Assembly: GCF_006345805.1 (NCBI RefSeq)
Contig: NC_043007.1
Span: forward strand, 33,418,001-33,482,000
DNA: 64,000 bases
DNA from: Octopus sinensis
Taxonomy: Eukaryota
Reading direction: 5' to 3'
Shown here: positions 23,545-37,825 of the stretch, piece by piece
Layout: each line of letters opens with the position of its first letter
Numbering within the stretch: the stretch's first letter is position 1
Program-made: the position numbers and the translations under genes
Notes under the pieces: model-generated
The model's input: the letters and a program-made list of their open reading frames with translations, nothing else
What the model was told of the DNA's origin: nothing
Database searches by the model: none

Positions 23545-24245
23545 ACAACTACTGCTGCTATGGACTTGCACTACTACCACTACTACCACCACAGCTACTA
23601 CCACATCTACAACTAATTCTATGACTGTGTCCACAACGACGGTGATCACCATTAACACAGCTGCGGTCGTCATCACCGTCATCACCACAACCATGACATG
23701 ACAAGCAGCACTACTATCGCTATGACCACAACTACCACCACTAATTCAACTACCACAACCAACCACTACAGCTGACCACCAGCACTACTATCATGGTCAC
23801 CCCCCCGCACCATAGCCAATATAACTGCAAACCCCTGCTACAACCGCATGGCTATCACCACAGCCACCACAGCCACCACCACCACCACCACCACTACCAC
23901 CAGCACCTCCACCACTACCACCATCACCACCACAAAATCACCGCAAACACCATAATCACCCACACCATTATTACCACTGTCTGCGCTACAACCACAACTG
24001 CTAATGTTGTTGTTGTCACCACCACTGCCGCTACTGCAAAATTACTACCACCACCACCACCACCACCACCACCACCACCACCACCACACCACACCACCAC
24101 CACACCACCACACCACCACCACCACCACTGCCGCCGCCGCCGCCGCCACTACCACCACCACCACCACCAACCACCACCACCACCACCACTGCCGCTACTG
24201 CAAAATTACTACCACCACCACCACCACTGCCGCTACTGCAAAATT

Positions 24246-24276
<31 letters not shown>

Positions 24277-26250
24277 ATATCATCATCATCATCCTCATCA
24301 TCATCATCGACATTATCATCATCATCATCATTTACTGTCTGTTTCCCATGCAGCACCCCACCACAACTACTACCATCACTATTCTCTCCGCAATCACTGC
24401 AACAACCACCACCATCACCACCACTATCTGCACTACATCATCGTCCTCCTCCTCCTCCTCATCATCATCATCATCACCATTTAATGTCTGTTTTCCATGC
24501 TGCACCACCACTACCACCACCACCACCACCACCACCCACCACCACCACCATCAACACCATTACATTAACCCCTCCACAACCGCATTCACTAGCAACACCA
24601 TTACCACCATATCTGTACCAGAACCACCACTGTTAAATCTACTACCCCCACCACCACCACCACCACCACCACCACCACCAACCACCACCACCACCACACC
24701 ACCACCACACCACCACCACCACCACACACCACCACCACCACCACCACCACTGCCGCCGCCGCCGCCGCCGCCACTACCACCACCAACGCCACAACAACCA
24801 TCACCACTACCACCATTGCTGTTTCCCACCCACAATCATTGCAAAAACCACCACCATCACCTCTATTATCTTCACTACATCATCATCATCATCATCATCA
24901 TCGACATTATCATCATCATCATCATTTACTGTCTCTGTTTCCCATGCAGCACCCCACCACAACTACTACCATCACTATTTCTCTCCGCAATCACTGCAAC
25001 AACCACCACCATCACCACCACTATCTGCACTACATCATCGTCCTCCTCCTCCTCATCATCATCATCACCATTTAATGTCTGTTTTCCATGCTGCACCACC
25101 ACTACCACCACCACCATCACCACCACCGCCACCACCACCATCAACACCATTACGTTAACCCCTCCACAACCGCATTCACTAGCAACACCATTACCACCAT
25201 TATCTGTACCAGAACCACCACTGTTAAATCTACTACCCCCACCACCACCACCACCACCACCACCACCACCACCATCACCACCACCGCCACCACCACCATC
25301 AACACCATTACATTAACCCCTCCACAACCGCATTCACTAGCAACACCATTACCACCATTATCTGTACCAGAACCACCACTGTTAAATCTACTACCCCCAC
25401 CACCACCACCACCACCACTACCACCACCACCATCACCACCACCGCCACCACCACCATCAACACCATTACGTTAACCCCTCCACAACCGCATTCACTAGCA
25501 ACACCATTACCACCATTATCTGTACCAGAACCACCACTGTTAAATCTACTACCCCCACCACCACCACCACCACCACCATTACCACCACCATCATCATCAT
25601 CATCATCATCATCATTATTTGTAACAAGATGCTTATGTGTAGTCACACGACATATTAGAACTAGCAACCAAATTATCCTCAAATAACACCCTACAGCCTT
25701 AAAAAGAAATGACATTTCAGCTTGCAATTGTCCAAGATATATAAAAAGAGATGTGCGCGTCTGGAATGTCCTTGATGCTCGACCGAGTCTGGCTTAGAGC
25801 TAAACTAACACAACAACAACAACAACAACAACAACAGCAACAATAGCAATGCAACTACCAACAGTGCACCAATACCGATAGCATCCTCCTGGCAACTACC
25901 TCTACTGCTGTCTTGCTAATAATATACACCCTACCATGCCCTTTGCCAATCGTGTCTCCATCACAACCATGATTGCCATCATCATCACCACTACTACCAC
26001 CACCACCACCATCATCACCGTCGTCGTCGTCGTCGTCATTGTGGCAGTCATCGTTGTTGTCGTCGTTGTTGTTATCACTGTCATTGATTTCATCATCATC
26101 ATTGGCATCATCATCATCACCAACATCATCATCATCATCATCCTCATTACCATCATCAATGTCATCAGCACTACCATCATCACCATCATCATCATCATCG
26201 TCATCATCATCATCAATATCATCATTATCATCATCATCCTCATCACCATT

Positions 26251-26281
<31 letters not shown>

Positions 26282-26422
26282 CCATCATCAGCTGCAGCAG
26301 CAGCAGCATCAGCTCCACCACCACCACCACCACCACCACCAATATCACCGTCGTCGTCGTCATCCTCATCATCATCATCATCATCATCGTCATCATCATC
26401 ATCATCATCAATATCATCATCG

Positions 26423-26464
<42 letters not shown>

Positions 26465-27181
26465 CCATCACCATCATCATCAATATCACCGTCGTCATCA
26501 TTATCCTCATCATCATCATCATCACCATCACTACCATCAGCTGCAGCAGCACCAGAAAACAGCAGCAGGACCACCACCACCACCACCACCACTACCACCA
26601 CCATCATCACTATCACCACAAGTGTAAGTAGCAGCAGCAGCTGCACCAGCATCAACACCACCACCACCACCACCACCACCACCACCACCACCACCACCAC
26701 CACCACCACCACCACCACCACCACCGCCACTGCCACTGCTGCCGCTGCCACCACCATTGTGATTAACATGAACAGTTTGCTCATGTTATTATAAATATTT
26801 ACATCTTCATTATCATCACTGTCCTTTGTCATTATGATCAAAATCATCATTTATAATCATCATCACCATCATCAGCCTTATCATCATCTTCAGCATCATC
26901 ATTTATTATCATCATCATCGTCATCATCATCAGCATCATCATCATCATCATCGTCGTCATCATCATCAGCATCATCATCATCACAACTGTCTGTCACAAC
27001 TTTTATCATTGTTTATCACTATTCAATGTCTGGTTCAAAACTTGTTATCAAATCTACTCTCCAACCGTCAGTCAACCACTCCCATGCATGACCATCACCT
27101 CACAAAGCTGTCATTGTTTTCATCACTATATCGCTGTCACTGATGTTTATTTTCACCTTTCCATGATTTTTATTTGTATGG

Positions 27182-27228
<47 letters not shown>

Positions 27229-27425
27229 TATGTTTATTCCTCATTAATAACATCATCTTCACTACTGCAACTACCACCACCACCACCACCACCACCCCAC
27301 CACCACCATCATCATCATTATCACCATCATAATCATCATCATCATCATCACCATCATCATCAATATCACCGTTGTCGTCATCATCATCATCATCATCACC
27401 ATCATCATCAATATCACCGTCATCG

Positions 27426-27459
<34 letters not shown>

Positions 27460-28205
27460 CACCATCATCTTCACCACCATTTTGTTGCTGTTGCTGTCGT
27501 TGTCATCATAATCATCATCATCTTCGTCGTCGTCATCAAAATAATGTCTTCAACATCATCATCGTCATCAAAATAATATTTTCATCATCGTCATTCTCAC
27601 CATCATCATCTTCACCGCCATTTTGTTGTTGTCTTCGTCCTTGTCATCATCATTATCATCATCCCAACCACCACCACCACCACCATCATGACCATTGCCA
27701 TTCTCCTCATTATCATTCTCATTCATCATCATTAGTGTCATCATCCTCTTCATCATTATCATCATCATCTTCACCAACATCATCTCTATGATTTCGCCAT
27801 TCTTGTCATCATCATCATCATCATCATGATAACCACCACCAGTATCATCATCATAATCATCATCGCCATTACCACTCCAACCACCACCACCACACCACAC
27901 CACTAAATCCACTTCCATGATTACAGTCATCACTACCATTAGAACAATTGCTACCACTGCAGCCTTTACTGCCACTATTACTTGCAATACCTTGACCATT
28001 ACCCTCACCACTGCAGCAATCATCATTGCCACTACAGCAATCACAACTGCAACTACAGGCAAAATTACAACTACTATGACTACAACTACCTTGACTACAT
28101 TCACTACCACCACTGTCGGTACTACACCACTGCAAAAACAACAACATGGGCCAACCCCAATACCACCACCACCACCAGCATTGCCCCTACAACCATTATA
28201 ACAAT
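23545..28205. repeat. 4.6-kb C-rich trinucleotide mosaic (CAC/CAT/CAG/CGT) with higher-order duplicated modules
   Basis: Direct reading. Module AACACCATTAC(A/G)TTAACCCCTCCACAACCGCATTCACTAGC...CTACCCCCACC at about 24553, 25143, 25302, 25459. Confidence 0.95.
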
Positions 28206-29874
28206 GGCACAGTGGTTAGGGCAGCGGACTCACGGTTGTAGGATCACGGTTTCGATTCCCAGACCGGGTGTTGTGAGTGTTTATTGAGTGAAAACACCTA
28301 AAGCTCCACGAGGCTCCGGCAGGGATGGTAGTGATTCCTGCTGTACTCTTTCACCACTGGGCCATTGCGCCTCCAGTTCTATAGTGTATCATATCTGCTG
28401 AAACCCATAACTCTCTTAATGCATCGCCTTACTGGCACGAGAAAAACATTCGAGCAAGGTCATTGCCAGTGCTGCTGGAGTGACTCCTGTGCAGGTGGCA
28501 CGTAAAAAATACCACTTCAGTGTGGCCATTGCCAGTACCGCCTGACTGGCACTCATGCCGGTGGCACGTAAAAGCACCCACGACACTCTCAGAGTGGTTG
28601 GCGTTAGGAAGGGCATCCAGCTGTAGAAACTCTGCCAGATCAGATTGGGGCTTGGTGCAGCCATCTGGTTCGCCAGTCCTCAGTCAAATCGTCCAACCCA
28701 TGCTAGCATGGAGAGCGGACATTAAATGATAATGATGATGATGATGAAGTACCAGTTGAGCACTGGTTTCAAGCCTTGTGCCTATTGTAGAAAGAATTAT
28801 TACCATTATTATTATTAGGGGGCCAGCTGGTAGAATTGTGAGAACATTGGCAAGAAAAAAGAAATGCCTTGTGGTATTTGTTCTAGCTCTTTATATTCTG
28901 AGCTCAATTCCCACCAAAGTCAACTTAGTCTGTCATCCCTTCAGGGTCAATAATATCATTAAAGTACTGGGGATCCAATGATATCAGCTTACACCCTCTC
29001 TTTAAAACAGTAGGACTTGTACCTAAATCAAAAAATGTTATTATTATTATTAGTGAGCTGGCAGAATTGTTAGCACAGTGGGTGAAATGCTTAGTGGTAT
29101 TTCATCCGTCTTCACATTCTGAGTTCAAATTCCACCAAGGTTGACTTTGATTCTATCCTCTCAGGGTTGATTAAATAAATACTAGTTACGTCCTAGGGTC
29201 GATGTAATCAACTTACCCCTCCCCACAAATTCCAGGCCTTGTGCCTATAGTGGAAAGCATTATTATTATTATTATTATTGTTATTGTTATTATTATTACT
29301 GCGGTGGCGAGCTGGCAGAATCGTTAGCACACCCTGGCAAAATGCTCAGCATCATTTTGTCTGTCTTTACATCCTGAGTTCAAATTCCGCATCGGTTGAC
29401 TTTACTTTTCGTCCTTTTCTGGGTCGATAAAATAAGTACCAGTTAGTTGATCACTGGGGTTGGTGTAAACGATTTACCCCCACCCTGAAATTCCTGGCCT
29501 TGTGCCAATATGTGAAACCATTATTATTGTTGTTGTTGTTGTTGTTATTAGTGAGTTAACAGAATCATTAGCATGCTGAGTGAAATGCATGGTGGCATTT
29601 CATCCATTTTCACATTTGTGAATTCAAATTCCACTGAGGTCACTTTTCTCTTTTGTCCTTTTTGGGTCAAGAAAATAAATACCAGTGGAATACTGAGGTT
29701 AATAAAATTGATTCACATCATCCACCAAAATTGCTGGCCTTGTGCTAAAATTTTAAACAACTATTATTCTTATTTTCATTATCATTAATATTATTATTAT
29801 TACTATCATCATCATCATCATCATTATTATTATTATTATCATTATTATTATTATTAGTAGTAGTAGTAGTAGTA

Positions 29875-30305
29875 GTATTTTATGTTTGACTTTTGCTTTA
29901 CTTTTGTACAAGTTGGCTCCAAGTCTCACCCAGAGACCTCAAGAGACAACAAGTTGGAAGTTCATGCTGGTGTTATGCCTAGGGTTCCATATATTTCGTT
30001 TTGTACATAGTGTTGTTCTAAAAAATGTTTAAGAATTAATATTATTATTATTATTATTATTATTACTTTTTTTTCTTCTTTCAAATTTGCTTCCATTTCT
30101 TGTCGAGTGTCTTCCCGACTCCTAGGGCAAAGAAACTCATAGTATACATTGGTAGGCCATTAAACCAAACTCAATAGTTCGTTCATTTTTTTTTTTTTTT
30201 AAGTTAAATTAAAATACATGAGCAGCAACAGTTCTCACATTGACAATGCTCTTCTCAATACGTGTGATGTACCAGTTAATACAATCTTTTGCACTTCTTG
30301 CATTC
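29875..30305 (-). mobile_element. R4/Dong-type LINE 3' ends in (TAA)n tracts
   Basis: Minus-strand EVQKIVLTGTSHVLRRALSM*, then 3' UTR and (TAA)n tail. A second (TAA)n-tailed 3' UTR-like piece at 29875-30030 is assigned by analogy. Confidence 0.7.
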
Positions 30306-30374
30306 TTCTTCTTCTTCTTCTTCTTCTTCTTCTTCTTTTTATTATTATTATTATTGTTATTATCGTTATTATTA

Positions 30375-30415
<41 letters not shown>

Positions 30416-31109
30416 GTTGTTATTATTATTATTATTATCATTAGTAGTAGTAGTAGTAGTAGTATTATTGTTGTTGTTGTTGTTGAGGCTGCAAGCTGGC
30501 AGACTTGTTTGCATGCCTAGAAAAATACTCATCAGCATTTAATCCATCTTCCCAGTCTGAGTTCAAATTCCGGCAAGGGTCCACTTTGCCTTTCATCCTT
30601 TAAGAGTCGATAAAATAAGTACCAGTTGGACACTGGGGGTTGATGTAATCAGCTTATCCCCTCCACCAAAATTGCTGGCATTGTCCCTAATTATTACTGA
30701 TTTTCTTTTGGTTGGTTTAAATGTTCTTCCAGTCAGATATTTATGATAAACAAGATTTCTTTCTTTATTATGGAGGATGCACATTCTAAAAATAAGAAAC
30801 ACATTGTACTTGATAGATGATAAATCTGTCTTCGACACTTGGCATAGATCATCCATGCCCCTGCCCCCAGCACCCTCCATGTTGTTGATAAAAAATTATT
30901 CATAGTTGATGCCGCCTGTCTCTAATAATAGCATTTAAAGTGCAAAACAGTCGACAGAGGTTTGATGTAATTCAAAACTGGTAGACTAATCGACTGAATC
31001 TTGCATTCCAGCTCGCAGTCAATAAACTGGTAATCACATACACACACACACACACACACACATGCATGCACATTTATAGACCTATATACACACATACATG
31101 CAAACACAT

Positions 31110-31174
<65 letters not shown>

Positions 31175-31251
31175 ATAATATTAGGGAATAAATCCAAATT
31201 TACAGGGAAAAATCAGATTTAGGATTGAATCCAATTTTATAGTAAAATATT

Positions 31252-31379
31252 ATATAATATTAATTAGAGACAAAACCACTATTTTGCAAATCAAACAAGG
31301 AAAGACTTAATCAATACATAATTGATTAAGTCTTTCCTTGTTTGATTTGCAAAATAGTGGTTTTGTCTCTAATTAATAT

Positions 31380-31385
<6 letters not shown>
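31252..31385. repeat. Perfect fold-back of a PLE pLTR segment (about 64-bp arms, 5-nt loop)
   Basis: ...GACTTAATCAAT-acata-ATTGATTAAGTC...; the arms match 905-975. Confidence 0.95.
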
Positions 31386-31423
<38 letters not shown>

Positions 31424-31645
31424 CACAGGTTTTTATCATATATATATATATATATATTTATATACATTATTTCATATACAAACACGCCTTTTTCATTCTC
31501 TCTCTGATTATTTCCTTTTATTCCTTTCTGATGAAGAGCATAGACTTGAAATGCAAAAGACTTTTTCATTTTCCCTGAGTGTCAAACTAATACATTTTCT
31601 TGTTGATCATACACCTGTCTTCATCTTTTGTTTTATATAAATTTC

Positions 31646-31679
<34 letters not shown>

Positions 31680-31736
31680 CGTTTTGGGATTTGGTTTGCA
31701 AGATTCTTTATATGAGTTCGTGTGTTGAAGCATATT

Positions 31737-31962
31737 CTGTTGTGTCTGGGGAGAGTCATTTTCTTTTTGTGTCTTATAATGTAACACACTCACTGGTGAA
31801 ATTTCCACAATTTCTTATTTTTAATTTCCAAAAATTTTCGAAAATTTTACGAAAACGAAAATTTTAGGAAAATAAAAATAAAAAATAAGAGGAAATTTCA
31901 CCGGTGAGTGTGTTACATTATAAGGCACAAAAAGAAAATGACTCTCCCCAGACACAACAGTA
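31737..31962. repeat. Inverted repeat with about 70-bp arms and an AT-rich spacer; single arm also at 34870-34950
   Basis: CTGTTGTGTCTGGGGAGAGTCATTTTC... versus ...GAAAATGACTCTCCCCAGACACAACAG. Confidence 0.9.
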
Positions 31963-32154
31963 TATATATATAGTGAGAATTTACAAAAAAACAAATGACA
32001 AAACAGGTGTGTAAAATACATACATATATATATATATCACGTGACCACGTGACCGACCAGACCATCAGATGTTGTTACACATCGCTGGTCACAATGCGTT
32101 CGCATTGTTTTAGCCTTCGAATGACGCCACCCTGCTGGCTAAGCGAGCAGGCCA

Positions 32155-32203
<49 letters not shown>

Positions 32204-33326
32204 TAGGAGGCCAAGTATCTTCTTTATAGTAAAACCATTATCCCGGTCTCTCTATCATACTCTAACCTCTTGCTTGGCACATAGCCACGCTCCTTCAGTT
32301 TCACTCCTTCTTTCAACTAAGAGGTCTTTGTCTTGCATCTTATTTGATCACCTTGCTGGTGCCAGTGTCACATAAAAATCATCCATGCCAGTGCCACGTA
32401 AAGACTACCCATGCTGGTGCCACATAAAAAGCACCCATGCCTGTACCACATAAGAGTCATCTGTGGTGGTGTCACATTAAAAAAAAACCCAGTAAACTCT
32501 GTCAAGTGGTCGGCATCAGGAAGGGCATCCAGCTGTTGATACCATGTCAAAACATACAGCTGGAACCTGGTGCAGCTCTCTCACTTGCCAATTCCTGTCG
32601 AACCATCTAACCCATACCAGCATGAAAAATGGACATTAAATGATTTGGTACTAAACAATAATAGGTGCAGCAACAGCAGCAGCAGCAACAGCGATAGCAA
32701 CAACAACAGTTAATGCACCTGCCCTCAACTAACCTCCTTGGTAAATCTTTTATGTATTGTCATACAATTGATTAAAATATAAACTGAAATATTGATTAAC
32801 CCCATAATTAACAAGATGACTGAAGGAAAATTCTTCCCTCCTGGTGAGTGACCTGAATACTAAATAGAAAAAACGAATGAAATAAGGTCTTCCGTGTTAA
32901 AGGAGTGAATTAAAAATCTTCAATTAACAGAAATCACCCATTGCAATTAACAAGCAAAGAATACCTTTGGGGTTCTTTAAAAGCTAAAAAAAAAATTAAG
33001 TGAAGAAGATAATTCTAACAACTCTTAATTGGAATTTTCTGAACTTTTAGGAAATCTAAAATAGGAACAGTTCAGGTCTTTAAGCCAACTGTTGAAAGCA
33101 ACAAATATGTTAATACTATGAGCAATCAGAACACACACACATATGCACACAGATGCACAGATACACACACACACACACACACACACACCGCACCACACAC
33201 ATACTCATACAGTATGGGAAAACAAATGTTTAACGATGATTATCTCTCCCTCTCTCTCTCTCTCTATATATATATATATGTGCGTGTGTGTGTGTGCATG
33301 TGTGTGTGTGTATATATACATATATA

Positions 33327-33358
<32 letters not shown>

Positions 33359-33750
33359 CTAGCAGTATCGCCCGGCGTTGCTCAGGTTTGTAAGGGAAAT
33401 AACCATATAAGCATTTTTAGCGATGTAAAGTATAATAGCCATCTCAATATGGCTAACCACAAAGGGGGGTTGTTACTGTAGCTTTTTACGTTCTGAGATT
33501 TAATAATAAATTTTTAGAGAGTTACTTCCCTTATATATGCCAAAAATGCATTAAAAATGGGAAAAATTGATGGTAATTTTTTTTTTAAATCGTAGACTCA
33601 TCGTAGACGTGCGCTAATACCCAGAAGGGCTCGATATGAGTCACAACTATAAGATACCGGTTTTGGTTAAACTGCACCGCAAAATGTGGGAGTAGTTAGG
33701 AATCTAAATCGTAGGAGACAGACAGCACACAACCTTACTTTTATATATAA

Positions 33751-33753
<3 letters not shown>
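33359..33753 (-). mobile_element. Non-autonomous Helitron
   Basis: Minus strand starts TCTTTATATATAAAAG and ends CCTGAGCAACGCCGGG (subterminal hairpin)-CGATACTG-CTAG, inserted between A and T with no TSD. Confidence 0.8.
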
Positions 33754-33787
<34 letters not shown>

Positions 33788-34029
33788 TACTGAACCACAA
33801 CAGAAATGTCGCGTGCATACTGATCAGAAACTAGTTTATTAACAGACTGCCATAGCATTGATTGAAGAGTGCTAATGAAGAAACCGTTCTTTCCTAATGA
33901 TAAAACGTCGTTTCCTGAAACATGTTTGACATCACATGGTGTCATGTAATGACGGAGTGTCCTAGATCCAAAGAGATGAATTCAATATCTTGTGTGACCC
34001 CCATTAGTATTGATTACTACCAGGCACCA

Positions 34030-34810
34030 AACAATTGATGAAAACCATGGGGATAATAGCCCACACTTTGTTAAAACCTGCAGTGAGTTGTGCCACAGTT
34101 GTAAGCCTTGGATGGATGTCATTTAGCCTTCTTTGGATTCCATCCCACAGGTGTTCATTGTGGTTCAAGTCCAGACTTAGGGTAGGATATGGCAGTGTCT
34201 TGATGTTGTGCTGTTGGAGGAAGTTTGCTGTCAACCAGGCAGTATGGGTATGGGCATTGTCATGTTGGAACATGTGATTCTGATGATGGGCAAAGTATAA
34301 CACAATGTGAGGCCTCGAAACTTGGTTGATGTAGTGAACAGCTGTTACTCCATTGCCGCGGCCTTGGCCAATGTTTTGGAAACTATCAGTCCAAGATTCT
34401 GGTTGAGTGCAATCCTGTCCAATACCATGATGCTCTTTCCTCCCCATACCATGATGCTCTATCCTCCCCATACCATGATGCTCTATCCTCCCCATACCAT
34501 GATGCTCTGTCCTCCTCATACCATGAGGCACTGTCCTCCCCATGGGTCTCTTTCCACCACACAACCATTAGCATGTTATTCACCCCTTCTTCTCCAAACC
34601 CTAGCTCTGTCATCTGCCACAGAAATGCAATATCTACTTTTGTCAGGGAAGACTACAGTCCTCCACTGCTGATATCGCGAGTTCTGAAGTTTTTGAGCCC
34701 ACTGCAGGCATGCCCGTCGATGACAATCTGTGAGGATGGGGCCCCTAGCCTGACATCGACAAGACAGATTGAAAGATCTCAGCTGGCTGCGAACTGTCTC
34801 TGCACAAGAT
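34030..34810 (-). mobile_element. Tc1 (DD34E-type) transposase remnant
   Basis: GPILTDCHRRACLQWAQKLQNSRYQQWRTVVFPDKSRY...MFQHDNAHTHTAWLTANFLQQHNIKTLPYPTLSLDLNHNEHLWDGIQRRL. Confidence 0.85.
34421..34545. repeat. 24-bp minisatellite, about 5 copies, inside the Tc1 remnant
   Basis: Unit ATACCATGATGCTCTATCCTCCCC. Confidence 0.9.
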
Positions 34811-35235
34811 GAGGACAAATATCTGTCAAATGTAAATAATGTAAATAAAGAAAACAACAATATATTTATATTCTATTGTGTCTGGGGGGAGTCATTCTCT
34901 TTTAGTGCCTTATAATTTAACACACTGACCAGTAAAATTGCCTCACATTTTCTTCTTTATTTCCATTACATCTTGCAACCTTTCTGATAGTTTCCCCACC
35001 ATCGCCTATCAACTGATGTTGGGTTGTTTACGTCCCGTAACTTAGCAGTTCAGCAAAAGTGACCAATAGAATAAGTACTAGGCTTACAAAGAATAAGTGC
35101 CAGGGGCGATTTGTTCAACAAGAGGCAGTGCTACAGCATGGCTGCAGTCAAGTGACCGAAAGCAGTAAAAGAATGAAAGAATATATATGTGTGTGTGTAC
35201 ATGTGTGCACGCGTGCGTGTGTGTGTGTGTATATA

Positions 35236-35274
<39 letters not shown>

Positions 35275-35419
35275 TCATTTATATTATATTGAGGGTACTA
35301 CTATTCGTAGATAATATAAATGAATATTTTCAAAGAGGAAGAATTTACGGATTTTTTCTCTTACGAGGTTTTTCACGCTGACTACTGATAATTTCTTTTA
35401 AAGATTTTATCCTCAATTG

Positions 35420-35464
<45 letters not shown>

Positions 35465-35645
35465 CAATTGCAGTGTGGAAGGTCTTTATAAGCCCTTTAA
35501 GAAACAACAAAAGCCATTGAATGTTGAAGTGAATCTAATGGTTTTTGTGTGTTTCTTAAATGGCTTATAAACACCTTCCATGCTGCAATTGTTTTTATTC
35601 CAGCACATGATCTCAGATCAGGTCACTTGCTATGCAAGTACATCT

Positions 35646-35691
<46 letters not shown>

Positions 35692-36775
35692 GGAAAAGTA
35701 GTAATGCTAATTATGAATGTCAATAATATGGTTGAAGGAAAAGCTTTTTGAGTGCATTCCACAAGTTATAACAGAATCACTCATATATGATACATTGAGA
35801 TTAAAAAAGAATTTAGAAAAAAAAAAACATTGATTAAATGTTATTATCCATGCAATTAGTGGACAAAATTCACCCTTTCAAGGAATTTTGATAAAAATAA
35901 CTAGCAACATAGATAAATCTAATAGAATTGCATCATTGAAATTTTTTGAAGATATACCAAATTTTAATCACTGCAAAAATGATAAGCATGTCACTTGTTG
36001 TTGGTTCACCATACAGTTGCAACAAGGAACAATTGCAGTGCAATAAATCATTGAGATAGGAAGAAGCAGGGTAAATAACACGACTGTCTTATGGAGAATG
36101 CCCAAGAAAAACAGAGGTTATGTAATGGAATGATAAGCTTAGAATGACTTTTCTAAAATAAACACAGAGGTAAATATACACTAATCACAAACAAAAAACT
36201 ATATAAACACTCCTGATCAATGATGGTGAAATCTAATAGTTTAATATCCGAATGCCAGTGGTTATATCAACATGCTGTTTATTCTGTCTGCTCTAAAGTA
36301 CCAACAACAAAATCACTTCATTCTGAAGAAGGAAGCGTGAAAATTTAGAAATGTAAAGAATAGAGCTGGAGCATTATATTTGTATAATGTATGAGTATAA
36401 TACATTATATGGAGTTAAACGCAGGTGTTATTCAAATTCTTTTACTTCCTACACATGTTTCGAAGATAATGTATATTTGTATAAGTAATAGTAAAGAACT
36501 TGTGAAAAAGGAAAAAAACAAATGTTAATGAAGAGGATAAAAGAACGCCATCAGGTTTTTGCCTGTGTGTGTGTATATATGAGAGTGTATCTATCTGTCC
36601 ATCTACCCATCTGTTTACCCATACATATCTCCCTCTTTCTCTCTACCTATGCAAATGTATATGTTTGTGTGTCCACCCTTTACTCGGTATTATGTGATGA
36701 TTATAAATGAACATCCCCGTCAAAAACATAATATATAACATAATATATAAACATAAACATTTCATATATTCATTT

Positions 36776-37323
36776 GACGATACAGTAAAATAGAATTCAA
36801 ATCATGATAATGCATATTTTTTCTATTTAATCAGCAAAAGTTTCAAATGCTCCACATGAGTCATATATGTATCTGTGTGTGTGTGTGTGTGTGTGCACAT
36901 TTGAATTTTGCTCAAGAGAGAAAAGTTCTCAAAAAAAGGCATTAAATGGTAATCATTTATTGTAGACCTGAGATTATTACAGATCACATAACAAAACAAT
37001 GGAATGTGAACTGCAGTATTGATGAAAAAAACAGTTAACGGGGTTGATTTGTTTGACTAAAAACCATCTTCACAAATGCTTTTCAGGAATTGACATTTGG
37101 TGAATGAGAGAGTTTGATGCAACTGCTCTCATCTGCACCTCCAATATATATATATTATATGCAACATGCTTTTTTTCAGTTTCCATCTACCAAATCCACT
37201 CACACGCCTTTGATTGGCCTGATACTATAATAGAATACACTTGTCCAAGGTGCCACACAGTGGGACTAAACCCAGAACCACATTGTTGGGAAGCAAGCTT
37301 CTTACCACGCATCCACACCTCTG

Positions 37324-37362
<39 letters not shown>

Positions 37363-37545
37363 AGAGTTTACGAAAAAACAAAAGACAAAGACAGGTGGTG
37401 TACAAAACAAACAAATGTATTAGTATAACGCTCAGGAATAGAAAAAGTCTTTTACATTTTGAGCCTATACTCTTCTACAGAAGGGACACAGAAAAAAACG
37501 AGGAGAGAAAAAATGTGTGTAGTAGCTAATGATCTGTCATGGCGA

Positions 37546-37589
<44 letters not shown>

Positions 37590-37788
37590 GAGAGTTATTT
37601 GTTCTTTCAATGCATTGGCCTGGGAGCAAAAGCAGACATAGAAGCCAGTTGTTAAATTATAACTTTATGGTGCTTCCTAACTAAATTATATATGCTAGGT
37701 TTCACATGAACACACAAACACATAACACACAACACATATGCACACACGTGTGTGAGTACATGTGCATGTATACACATATGTCTGTATG

Positions 37789-37825
<37 letters not shown>

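Noticed and set aside
23793-25316. 507-aa Pro/His/Thr-rich ORF and neighbouring long ORFs up to 28200
   Set aside because: Trinucleotide repeats lacking stop codons are open in several frames on both strands; no domain or splice support.
28200-28275. Possible tRNA gene (also 12668-12730)
   Set aside because: Has A/B boxes but no closing acceptor stem and continues into SINE body or other repeat sequence.
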